Notes: generated by a model not told the origin, from the letters alone. A DNA stretch of 17,369 bases from Candidatus Bruticola sp. (GCA_051874735.1 JBJEGD010000009.1:1-17369); one strand, 5' to 3'. Positions 7,027 through 15,855 are shown, counted from the first letter of the stretch. Numbers and translations are program-made.

Positions 7027-9689
7027 CAGAGACAACGGAAAAACGGTTTGAAGCAGATATTGAGGCCTTCTTTTTATCTCCGGCGGGTGGATATACTAAA
7101 AATAATGACACATATGAACCGGATCTGGGTTTATACTCGGCAACACTTATTAGATTTATACAGAAAACACAGCCTAATGAGTGGAAAAGATTTACGATAC
7201 AAAATGCCACCGCCCCAGAAAGAAAGTTCTGCCTGGCATTTAACAAAGCTTGTGACCGTGATGGGTTAATATCTGTTTTAAGGCATGGTTTTAAGCATCG
7301 TGGTATCACATTTCGGGTTTGCTATTTTAAACCTGAGTCATCATTGAACCAGACCGTCCAAGCCTTATATGAAAAAAATGAAATTACGCTTAACAGACAA
7401 TGGCACTATGCAAAAGATAATAACAAATCTGTTGATATGGTAATTGCTATCAACGGAATTCCTGTCTTTGCCTTTGAATTAAAGAACCAGTACACCGGTC
7501 AAAATGTCGACAACGCCAAAAGACAATGGATGTACGACCGTGACCCCAGAGAAATTTGTTTTCAGTTTAATAAGAGAATACTGGGGTATTTCTGTGTAGA
7601 CCAGCTTGAAGTATGGATGACTACAAAAATTGATGGTAAAGATACTTTCTTTTTGCCCTTTAACCAAGGTTCTGGCGGAGCTGGCCAAAATGGCGGTAAA
7701 GGCAATCCGGCTAATCCTAATGGATATCCTACCGCCTATTTGTGGGAAAATGTATTTACAAAAGACAGTATGCTGGACATTGTTCAGAAATTTATTCACT
7801 TTACTAAGAAAAAAAAGCTCATTTTCCCTCGTTATCATCAGCTAGATATAGTAAGAAAACTGATTGCCGACGTAAGAAAATACGGAACTGGAAAAAACTA
7901 TCTGATTCAGCACAGTGCCGGTTCAGGTAAGTCTAATTCTATCGCTTGGACTGCTTACCGCTTGGCTTCCTTACATAATGAAGAGAATAAGCCTATTTTT
8001 AGTAGCGTCATTGTGGTTACTGACAGAACGGTTTTAGATGCGCAATTGCAGGAGACCATCTCCGGCTTTGACCATACAATTGGTGCTGTTGAAACGATTG
8101 GGGAAGATAAGAACTCCAGAGACCTCAGAGATGCAATCAATAATGGTGTAAGAATTATTGTAACTACCTTACAAAAATTCCCGGTAATTTATCAGGAAGT
8201 AGATGATACTAAAGGACGAGCTTTTGCCGTAATTGTGGATGAGGCCCATTCCTCGCAGACGGGAAGCTCTGCCATGAAGCTTAAGGCAGCTTTAGCAGAT
8301 ACGGAAGACGCCCTGAGAGAGTATGCAGAAATTGAAGGCCAAAGCGAAGAAGAAATCGATAAAAACGATAAGCTAGTTCAGGAAATGATAACTCATGGCA
8401 AACATAAGAATTTATCTTTTTTTGCCTTCACCGCCACCCCTAAAGCGCAGACTTTGGAAATGTTCGGCCTTCCCTGTGAGGATGGTTCATTTTATCCATT
8501 CCATATTTATAGTATGAAGCAAGCTATTGAGGAAGGTTTTATTCTCGACGTTTTACAAAATTATATGACCTACAGTACCTGCTTCAAAATTGCGAAGAAT
8601 ACGGAAGAAAACCCGGAGTTACCTGAGAGCAGAGCCACAAAAGTTATCAAGAAGTATGAAAAATTGCACCCTTACAATATAAGTCAGAAGACTGAAATTA
8701 TTGTAGAGACTTTCAGAAGTACAACCATGAATAAAATTGGCGGAAGGGGCAAAATGATGGTTGTTACCGATTCTCGCTTAGCTGCGGTGCGATACTTCCA
8801 TGAAATCAAAAAATATATTGCTGAACATCACTATACCGATATCGATGTATTAACGGCGTTTTCTGGCAGCGTACTCGATGGTGATGAGGAGTATACTGAA
8901 TCTGGCCTTAATGTTAGAAAAGATGGAAGTCATATTTCCGAATCACAAACAAAGTCAGAATTTCATGAAAACTTTAATATCCTGATTGTGGCTGAAAAAT
9001 ATCAAACCGGATTTGATGAGCCGCTCCTGCACACCATGATTGTTGATAAAAAGCTGAAAAATGTCAAAGCGGTGCAGACTCTTTCACGACTAAATCGAAC
9101 CTGTGCTGGAAAGGTCGATACTTTTGTTTTAGATTTTGCTAATAAAAAAGAAGATATATTAGAGGCCTTTCAGCCCTTCTATCAGGAAACCAGTTTGGAG
9201 CAGGAAGTCAATGTCGACCTCATTTATCAAACTGAGAGAGAACTGCTCGATTATGCTATTTATACAAAAAATGATATTGGGGCCTTTATTGAGGTTTGGA
9301 ACAAACTGGGCAAACAAGATACTAATGCAATGGGGAAAATGACCAGTGCTCTTAAGCCGGTAGCAGATAGATATAATCTTAAAAATTCTGAAGAGAAGTA
9401 CCAATTTAGGAGATTAGTCCGCAGTTTTATTAAGTATTACAGCTATGTTACTCAGGTTGTCCGCATGTTCGATAAAGATATGCATAAGGAGTACCTGTTC
9501 TTAAGCTATTTAATTGGACTTATTCCGGCCGACCCTGCAGAACCGGTCGATTTAGACGGTAAGCTAAAGCTAGAATATTATAAGCTGCAGAAGACATTTA
9601 GCGGTGCTATTCAGTTAGACAATATAGACGGCCAATATGTACCTGCAGCGCAGAAGGCTGCTCAGGGTAAAAAAAGAAGAGTGCTCTAG
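7017..9689 (+). CDS. hsdR: Type I restriction enzyme R subunit (system 2), C-terminally truncated by a frameshift at about 9669-9675
   Basis: Nuclease D-x13-ELK, PFNQG, PRYHQ, Walker A HSAGSGKS, DEAH, FTATP, QTGFDEP and QTLSRLNR. ATG 7017 is preceded by AAGGAAG. The HsdR-like sequence continues in the -1 frame to 10003. Confidence 0.93.
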   Translation: MSVTETTEKRFEADIEAFFLSPAGGYTKNNDTYEPDLGLYSATLIRFIQKTQPNEWKRFTIQNATAPERKFCLAFNKACDRDGLISVLRHGFKHRGITFRVCYFKPESSLNQTVQALYEKNEITLNRQWHYAKDNNKSVDMVIAINGIPVFAFELKNQYTGQNVDNAKRQWMYDRDPREICFQFNKRILGYFCVDQLEVWMTTKIDGKDTFFLPFNQGSGGAGQNGGKGNPANPNGYPTAYLWENVFTKDSMLDIVQKFIHFTKKKKLIFPRYHQLDIVRKLIADVRKYGTGKNYLIQHSAGSGKSNSIAWTAYRLASLHNEENKPIFSSVIVVTDRTVLDAQLQETISGFDHTIGAVETIGEDKNSRDLRDAINNGVRIIVTTLQKFPVIYQEVDDTKGRAFAVIVDEAHSSQTGSSAMKLKAALADTEDALREYAEIEGQSEEEIDKNDKLVQEMITHGKHKNLSFFAFTATPKAQTLEMFGLPCEDGSFYPFHIYSMKQAIEEGFILDVLQNYMTYSTCFKIAKNTEENPELPESRATKVIKKYEKLHPYNISQKTEIIVETFRSTTMNKIGGRGKMMVVTDSRLAAVRYFHEIKKYIAEHHYTDIDVLTAFSGSVLDGDEEYTESGLNVRKDGSHISESQTKSEFHENFNILIVAEKYQTGFDEPLLHTMIVDKKLKNVKAVQTLSRLNRTCAGKVDTFVLDFANKKEDILEAFQPFYQETSLEQEVNVDLIYQTERELLDYAIYTKNDIGAFIEVWNKLGKQDTNAMGKMTSALKPVADRYNLKNSEEKYQFRRLVRSFIKYYSYVTQVVRMFDKDMHKEYLFLSYLIGLIPADPAEPVDLDGKLKLEYYKLQKTFSGAIQLDNIDGQYVPAAQKAAQGKKRRVL

Positions 9690-10003
9690 ATGAAATTATT
9701 GAGAAAATTAATGAAAAATACAAAGGCGATTTTACCGACGCCGATAGAGTAATGTTATCAGCCTTACATGATAAGCTGCGTAAAAATGAAAAACTGGCTA
9801 CTTCTGCTAAAACGTCAGACCCTCGAATATTTGTAGAAAGTATTTTCCCAGTAGCTTTTGGAAATGCAGCTAGGGATAGTTATATGGAATCACAGAAGAG
9901 CTATGCTACTTTGTTTCAAGATGGGGCCAAGTACGATGCAATTATGAAGGTCTTAGCTGGAGTAATTTATAGAGAGATGCGGCAAACTGCTAACCTAGTT
10001 TAG
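9671..10003 (+). pseudogene. hsdR: Out-of-frame C-terminal part of hsdR (system 2); includes the 9752..10003 ORF
   Basis: The frame is open from 9671 and reads KKKSALDEIIEKINEKYKGDFTDADRVMLSALHDKL..., resembling the HsdR C-terminal L-x-EII-x-x-(I/L)NE-x-(F/Y)-x-G motif. One extra A in the A7 run joins it to the upstream CDS. Confidence 0.85.
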
Positions 10004-10152
10004 CAATATAATATATCTCTGTGGCAAAAGGTTGATAATATGATACAGCGGATTGCTACTAAAAAAACTAAATATATAGGAAAGTTAAAACTGCATAAGC
10101 CTCCTTTTGTGTGGAGCTAATTTTGCAAAGCTGGCGGAGAAAATAAACGCTC

Positions 10153-10605
10153 ATGATAAAAATATTATTCGTTTGTCACGGCAACATCTGCCGTTCGCCT
10201 ATGGCGGAATTTGCCATGAAAAATTTAGTGGCTCGGCATAATTTGGAAGGCGTCTTTTTCATTGAATCGGCCGCAGTCAGCAGCGAAGAACTGCATAACC
10301 CAGTTTATATGCCAGTGCGCCGCCTCTTGGCGCAACAGGGGCTCGACTGCAGCGGCAAAAGGGCCCGCCTCATGACTAAGTCCGATTATAACGCTTTCGA
10401 TTATATTATAGGCATGGATCATTCCAATATGAGCCGCATGAGAAAAATCTGCGGCGGCGACCCGGAAAATAAGCTGAGCCTGCTCATGGACTACACCGAC
10501 AGACCAGGCGATGTGGCCGATCCTTGGTACACCCGCAACTTCGACACCGCTTGGCAGGATATAAGCTTGGGCTGTCAAGCTCTGCTCGATCGGTTGATAC
10601 CATAA
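10153..10605 (+). CDS. Low-molecular-weight protein-tyrosine phosphatase
   Basis: P-loop ILFVCHGNICRSPMAE (CX5R), FDYIIGMD and DVADPWY. 150 aa, with RBS GGAGA upstream. Confidence 0.93.
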   Translation: MIKILFVCHGNICRSPMAEFAMKNLVARHNLEGVFFIESAAVSSEELHNPVYMPVRRLLAQQGLDCSGKRARLMTKSDYNAFDYIIGMDHSNMSRMRKICGGDPENKLSLLMDYTDRPGDVADPWYTRNFDTAWQDISLGCQALLDRLIP

Positions 10606-11035
10606 AGTTTTAGTTAACTGCCGTCGGTTCATTTTCCCTGATTACCGGCTAGTTTAGTAACACTCTTTAACTTAAAGCTAACTTGGAGACTCCATAAAGT
10701 TCCCCAGGCGTCATTTATTCCCGTCTTTCGTAACTTAGAGCGCATTGTAGAAAACTGAGGAGCCGGCAAGATTAAGCTCACCGATAGTTAGTTCGAGCAG
10801 CTAGCTGGGCGAGACTCTAAACTAATGGCGGGTGCCTATTTATTGCAGTCACAGTGAAACGATGCAGCATAGTTTAAACTGCTGGTGAATTTAAAAATAA
10901 GTCTTTATTCATATTGTTTACATATATTTTTCTAATGATTTAAAGTGTATATTGCAGCAGGGAAAGGGGCCCTCAAGATAAAAACTGGGCTAGAGGGGGG
11001 AACCTGGGGGAAAATTAACGTAGGAGAGTGCTCAA

Positions 11036-12244
11036 ATGTTCGAGAAAGACATCAATATCTGCGACATTAAAGAAATCAGAACCAGGACTACCGTTTATTT
11101 CGGTGTTGGTGCTATTCAGAAAATGGCCGAAATTGCCAAGGTTTTAAAGTCTAAAGGCGCAGATAAAGTGATCGTCATGTCCGGCCGCCGCGCTTATAAA
11201 CTTACCGGCGCTTGGGATCATGTGGAGAAAGCTTTACAAGGTGCGGGCATTGGCTACATCAACTACGACAAAGTTACGCCGAATCCCACTACTCATCATG
11301 TAAACGAAGCGGCTGCTATGGCCCGCGAGTTTGGGGCTAAGGCCGTTATCGCCATTGGTGGTGGTTCTCCCACCGATGCCGGCAAGTCTGTGGCTATTCT
11401 TTTAGAATATCCCGACAAAACTGCCAACGATATTTACGAGTTTACTTTCACTCCTGAGAAGGCTGCCCCTATTGTTTCTATTAACTTGACTCATGGTACT
11501 GGTACCGAAACGAACCGCTTCGCCGTAGTTACTGTACCTGAGAAGAACTTTAAGCCGGCCATCGCCTACGATTGCATCTATCCTATGTTCGCTATCGATG
11601 ACCCTCAGCTGATGGTCAAGCTCTCTCCTGACCAGACCAGATACGTGTCTATCGATGCCGTCAACCACGTAGTTGAAGCTGCTACTTCTACCGTTCTCTC
11701 ACCTTATTCTGTAACTTTAGCTCGCGAAGTTATCAGCTTAGTACATAAATATTTACCTATAGCCTTGCATACTCCCGAAGATTTGGAAGCCCGTTATTAT
11801 TTGGCTTACGCCGCCATGATTGCCGGTGTCTGCTTCGATAACGGACTTCTCCACTATACCCACGCTTTGGAGCACCCGCTCAGTGCTGTAAAGCCTGAAC
11901 TTGCCCATGGTCTCGGCTTAGCCATGCTTCTGCCTGCCGTTGTTAATACTATCTACAAAGACAGAGCTCATGTGCTGGCTGAAATTTTGGCTCCCATTAA
12001 TCCCGATCTCACCGGTGAGGCTTCCGAAGCTTACTTGGCTGCCAAGTCTGTCCAAGATTGGCTCTGCTCAGTAGGCGTGTCTCAGAAGCTGACCGATGAA
12101 GGCTTCACTGAAGCTGACGTCGAGAAGCTCACCGAGTTGGTTTATACCACTCCTTCTTTGAGCGGATTGTTGGCTATTGCTCCTTCGGGCAATGGTCGTG
12201 AGGTTGTCGAGAGCATTTATAAGAACTCTCTGCAGCCCATGTAG
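11036..12244 (+). CDS. Iron-containing (type III) alcohol dehydrogenase, resembling the Thermoanaerobacter AdhA / Thermococcus ADH group
   Basis: PNPT, GGGSPTDAGK, THGTGTE, DAVNH, HYTHALEH and HGLGL metal-ligand motifs. Strong RBS TAGGAGAG at about 11021. Codon use is visibly biased toward TTC/ATC/AAC/TAC. Confidence 0.92.
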   Translation: MFEKDINICDIKEIRTRTTVYFGVGAIQKMAEIAKVLKSKGADKVIVMSGRRAYKLTGAWDHVEKALQGAGIGYINYDKVTPNPTTHHVNEAAAMAREFGAKAVIAIGGGSPTDAGKSVAILLEYPDKTANDIYEFTFTPEKAAPIVSINLTHGTGTETNRFAVVTVPEKNFKPAIAYDCIYPMFAIDDPQLMVKLSPDQTRYVSIDAVNHVVEAATSTVLSPYSVTLAREVISLVHKYLPIALHTPEDLEARYYLAYAAMIAGVCFDNGLLHYTHALEHPLSAVKPELAHGLGLAMLLPAVVNTIYKDRAHVLAEILAPINPDLTGEASEAYLAAKSVQDWLCSVGVSQKLTDEGFTEADVEKLTELVYTTPSLSGLLAIAPSGNGREVVESIYKNSLQPM

Positions 12245-12280
12245 GCTGTCCGTTCTGTTCGTGTAAAGTAGCCCCCTAAT

Positions 12281-12328
12281 AAGCGCCGCTGTCAATCATG
12301 TCCTGGGTTGGCAGCGGCGCTTTCTTTT
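12281..12328 (+). terminator. Intrinsic terminator downstream of the ADH gene
   Basis: 15-bp stem AAGCGCCGCTGTCAA / TTGGCAGCGGCGCTT (one G:U pair) followed by TCTTTT. Confidence 0.85.
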
Positions 12329-12449
12329 GTCCCACTTCTTCTGGCAGCTGAACTGAACCGCCTTTTTAAGCGGCTGAACTGCCCTTTTTTATGGCGGCAG
12401 AGGGACGTCTAGCCTTGGCCCCTTTGTGGGCGGCCGGAGCTTTGTTCAG

Positions 12450-12478
12450 TTGCGCATTAAAAGAAAAATTGTTAGTAT
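12450..12478 (+). promoter_or_regulatory. Putative sigma70-type promoter for ileS
   Basis: TTGCGC - 17 bp - TAGTAT, with an extended -10 TG at 12470-12471 and an A-rich spacer. Confidence 0.45.
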
Positions 12479-12663
12479 ATTGGGCAAGGTTTTAGGCTTT
12501 TTAGCTCCAAATAGGGAAATAAATGCTGCTCCGGCCGCTCTTAAGCTTTTGTCAGGGGCAGGTTTTAATTTTTAGTTAAACTGCACCCATATTTGCCCTT
12601 ATTTTAGGTTGCTAGGCTGGGCTGCTTTTTTAGTTTAATAAACGCAATATCAGAGGTTATAAT

Positions 12664-15600
12664 ATGAATACCAGATTTCCCAACGTAGATCCCCGCGCCT
12701 CTCTGCCGTCTTTAGAAGAAGAGACTCTCAAGTTTTGGAAAGAAGAAAATATTTTTGCTAAGTCTTTAGAGATGCGCGAGGGCGCTCCTGAATTCGTAGT
12801 CTACGATGGGCCGCCTACCGCTAACGGCAATCCTGGCGTTCATCATGTACAAGCTCGTGCTTACAAAGATCTATTTCCTCGTTATAAAACGATGCGCGGT
12901 TTTAAAGTGCGCCGCAAAGCTGGCTGGGACTGTCACGGTTTGCCGGTGGAAATAGAGGTAGAGAAGCGTTTGGGCTTCTCCGGAAAACCCGCTATTGAAA
13001 AATACGGCATAGAGCCTTTCTGCCGTGAGTGCCGCAGCTCAGTTATGACTTACGAGGGAGCTTGGCGCCAGCTTACTGAGCGCATTGCTTACTGGACCGA
13101 CCTAGATAACTGCTACATGACTATGAGCAACGATTACGTTGAGAGCGTCTGGTGGTCTTTAAAGGAGTTGTGGAATAAGGGACTTCTCTATTTGGGCTAC
13201 AAGGTTGTGCCTTACTGCGCCCGCTGTGGAACTCCACTCTCTAGTGCTGAAGCTGGTTCCGCTTACAAAGATGTCGAAGATCCTTCGCTTTATGTGCGCT
13301 TCCCTCTGAGGCAGCCAGAAAAGTTGGGACTGCCCGAGGGCGCCGCCCTGTTAGTTTGGACGACCACTCCTTGGACTTTGCCTGGCAACGTGGCGGCTTG
13401 TGTTCATCCCGATTTAGAGTATGTAGCTGCCAAGTTGGAAGATGGACGCGTTTTAATTTTAGCCCGCACTTTGTTGCGCCAAGCTCTAAATTTAGCTGCT
13501 GAAGTGCCGGAACCGGAAATTTTGGCCTCTTTCAAAGGTTCGGAGCTAGCTGGCACTTTTTATAACGCTCCTTATAAATGGTACGATTTCGGAGAAAAAG
13601 TGGGCCATAGTGTAGTCTGCGGAAGTTTTGTAACTTCTGAAGACGGTTCTGGCATTGTGCATATTGCGCCCGCGTTCGGTGCCGACGACCTCGACGTCGG
13701 GCGCAAAAATGATCTGCCTATAGTCCATCCCGTCAAAACGGACGGCCATTTCCGCGACGACGCCTATTTTGTCGCCGGCTTATGGTTTAAAGAAGCCGAT
13801 CCTAAAATTATTGACGAGCTTAGAGAGCGCGGCTTGCTCTTCCGTATTAAAAAATACGCTCACACTTACCCGCATTGTTGGCGCTGCGGAACTCCTTTGC
13901 TCTACTACGCTACAGATTCTTGGTATATCAACAACACCTCTTTGCAGAAGCGTTTAATTGATAAAAATCAAGAGATCGACTGGCATCCGGCTCACATAAA
14001 AAACGGACGTTACGGCGACTGGCTCAACAATTTGGTCGACTGGGCCATTTCTCGCACTCGCTATTGGGGCACGCCTCTGCCTATTTGGACTTGCAGCGAA
14101 TGCGGCGAACGTGAGGCTATCGGATCGTACGCTGAATTGGCTGAGCGGGCTGAGCAAGATATCAATATAAAAGCTGCCGATTTCGATCCGCACCGTCCCC
14201 ATGTAGATAAAATAACTTTTAAATGTGCCAAATGCGGCGGCACTATGCACCGTGTCCCCGATGTCATAGATTGCTGGTACGATTCCGGATCTATGCCTTT
14301 TGCCCAGCTCCACTATCCTTTTGAAAATAAGGAACTTTTTGAAAAGTCTTATCCGGCCGATTTTATCTGCGAAGGTCTCGATCAAACTCGCGGTTGGTTC
14401 AACTCTTTGCATCAGCTCGGCATTATGCTCTTCGACAAAATCGCTTACAAGAGTGTTATCTGTCACGGTTTGGTGCTCGATGGCCAGGGCGAGAAAATGT
14501 CTAAAAGCCGCGGCAACGTAGTTAATCCTTGGGACGTCCTCAAGTCTCATGGAGCCGACGCTATACGCTGGTATCTTTATACATCTGCACCGCCTGAACT
14601 GAGCCGCCGCTTCTCCGCTGAGTTGGTGGGCGAAGCTTCCAAGCACTTGAGCACTTGGTGGAATACTTGGCAGTTCTTCCTTATGAATGCTAACGTTGCG
14701 GAAGTCGACCTTACTGTACCAGCTCCAGCTGAGCTGTATACTGATCTTGACAAATGGATTTTGGCCCGCTTGCAGCAGAGCATAAAAGAAGTAACTGAAT
14801 ACTTGGAAGTTTACGAACTGACTAAAGCGGCCAAAAATTTGGAAAGCTTTGTCGATGTGCTCTCTAATTGGTACGTACGTTTAAACCGTCGCCGCTTCTG
14901 GGAAAACGACGCCGCTGCTTACCACACTCTTTACGAATGTTTGGTAACTTTGGCTCAGCTGCAAGCTCCCTTTACGCCTTTCTTAGCTGAGGAAGTTTGG
15001 CGCAATTTGGTGCCTGCTGTCAATCCTCGAGCTCCTGAAAGCGTTCATCTGTCCTCTTGGCCCCAGTTCGATCAGAGTAAATTTGACGCTCAGCTGCTTC
15101 AAGACGGCAATACGGCTATGCAGGTTATCTCTATAGGTCGTTCTGCTCGCGTAGCTTCCAAACAGAAAGTGCGTCAGCCTCTTTCTGAAGTGCTTATCGG
15201 GGTGGCTGCTGAAGCTGACCGTCGCAGTGTAGAGCGCTTCCAAGCTTATGTGCTCGATGAGCTTAATGTTAAATCTATCAAGTTCCTCAGCGCTGAGCAA
15301 AATTTCCTCGACTATATAGTTAAGCCTAATCTTCCGGCGGTTGGTCCTCGCTACGGTAAGCTTTTAGGGGCTATCCGCAAAGAGTTATCTTCCGATAAAG
15401 CTAAGCAAATAGCCTTGCAGTCTTTAGCTGGTCAGGAAGTAAAGCTTGATATAAACGGCACTGAGGTGAGTTTGGCTCCTTCCGATTTGCTGATTGAAGT
15501 CAAGTCGCCTGAAGGTTATGCTGCTTCTGTAGAAGGTTCCTTTGTTGCCGCTGTTTCTACGGTTATTACTGAAGAGCTGCGTTTAGAAGGTTTGGCTCGC

Positions 15601-15855
15601 GATCTAGTGCGCAATATTCAAGAGCTGCGCAAGAGTTCCGACTTTAAAATAAACGATCGCATCGATACTTGGCTCGAAGGTGCTTGGGACGACTTGCTTA
15701 AGGCTGTTGAGGTGCACCGCATTTCAATTATGAATGATACCCTGAGCTTAAGCCTCAGTACCGATGAGGCTGCGCCCTCCGACGCCTGTTCTGCTGAAGT
15801 GGAATTTGTCAAAAAAGGGCCGAAGGTTCGCATTTTCGTTCGCAGACGCGGTTAA
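12664..15855 (+). CDS. ileS: Isoleucine--tRNA ligase, type 2 (IleRS2, eukaryote/archaea-like clade)
   Basis: YDGPPTANG, GWDCHGLPVE, WTTTPWTLP, GSGIVHIAP, DWAISR.RYWGTP, WYDSGSMP, EGLDQTRGWF and KMSKS (14494-14508). Long C-terminus (EGLARDLVRNIQELRK) lacking the IleRS1 C-terminal zinc finger. RBS GAGG. Confidence 0.97.
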   Translation: MNTRFPNVDPRASLPSLEEETLKFWKEENIFAKSLEMREGAPEFVVYDGPPTANGNPGVHHVQARAYKDLFPRYKTMRGFKVRRKAGWDCHGLPVEIEVEKRLGFSGKPAIEKYGIEPFCRECRSSVMTYEGAWRQLTERIAYWTDLDNCYMTMSNDYVESVWWSLKELWNKGLLYLGYKVVPYCARCGTPLSSAEAGSAYKDVEDPSLYVRFPLRQPEKLGLPEGAALLVWTTTPWTLPGNVAACVHPDLEYVAAKLEDGRVLILARTLLRQALNLAAEVPEPEILASFKGSELAGTFYNAPYKWYDFGEKVGHSVVCGSFVTSEDGSGIVHIAPAFGADDLDVGRKNDLPIVHPVKTDGHFRDDAYFVAGLWFKEADPKIIDELRERGLLFRIKKYAHTYPHCWRCGTPLLYYATDSWYINNTSLQKRLIDKNQEIDWHPAHIKNGRYGDWLNNLVDWAISRTRYWGTPLPIWTCSECGEREAIGSYAELAERAEQDINIKAADFDPHRPHVDKITFKCAKCGGTMHRVPDVIDCWYDSGSMPFAQLHYPFENKELFEKSYPADFICEGLDQTRGWFNSLHQLGIMLFDKIAYKSVICHGLVLDGQGEKMSKSRGNVVNPWDVLKSHGADAIRWYLYTSAPPELSRRFSAELVGEASKHLSTWWNTWQFFLMNANVAEVDLTVPAPAELYTDLDKWILARLQQSIKEVTEYLEVYELTKAAKNLESFVDVLSNWYVRLNRRRFWENDAAAYHTLYECLVTLAQLQAPFTPFLAEEVWRNLVPAVNPRAPESVHLSSWPQFDQSKFDAQLLQDGNTAMQVISIGRSARVASKQKVRQPLSEVLIGVAAEADRRSVERFQAYVLDELNVKSIKFLSAEQNFLDYIVKPNLPAVGPRYGKLLGAIRKELSSDKAKQIALQSLAGQEVKLDINGTEVSLAPSDLLIEVKSPEGYAASVEGSFVAAVSTVITEELRLEGLARDLVRNIQELRKSSDFKINDRIDTWLEGAWDDLLKAVEVHRISIMNDTLSLSLSTDEAAPSDACSAEVEFVKKGPKVRIFVRRRG

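Noticed and set aside
442-9404. Short alternative-frame and antisense ORFs overlapping the hsd genes (e.g. 561-749, 1096-1482, 4765-5067, 5274-5654, 6989-7309, 7479-7838)
   Set aside because: They overlap well-supported genes and show no recognisable motifs, so they are treated as shadow ORFs.
9668-9677. Programmed -1 ribosomal frameshift to rescue hsdR2
   Set aside because: The zero-frame codons are GGT AAA AAA AGA. The A_AAA_AAG heptamer is in the wrong phase for canonical tandem slippage, and no stimulator is visible.
9752-10003. 83-aa ORF as an independent small gene
   Set aside because: Its frame is open from 9671 and reads as the HsdR C-terminus. There is no convincing RBS before 9752.
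3923-10092. 10-bp inverted repeat (AGTTTTAACT / AGTTAAAACT) flanking system 2 as mobile element ends
   Set aside because: It does not extend beyond 10 bp, no target duplication or transposase/integrase is present, and both arms are instances of the general intergenic motif.
10098-10118. Terminator after hsdR2 (AGCCTCC...GGAGCT)
   Set aside because: The stem is short and bulged with a poor U-tract, too weak to call.
10883-10925. Rex operator upstream of the ADH gene
   Set aside because: TGGTGAA resembles one half-site, but no matching second half of TTGTGAA-N4-TTCACAA is present.
12480-12663. T-box riboswitch in the ileS leader
   Set aside because: No GGTGGNACC antiterminator core or recognisable stem I motifs were found.
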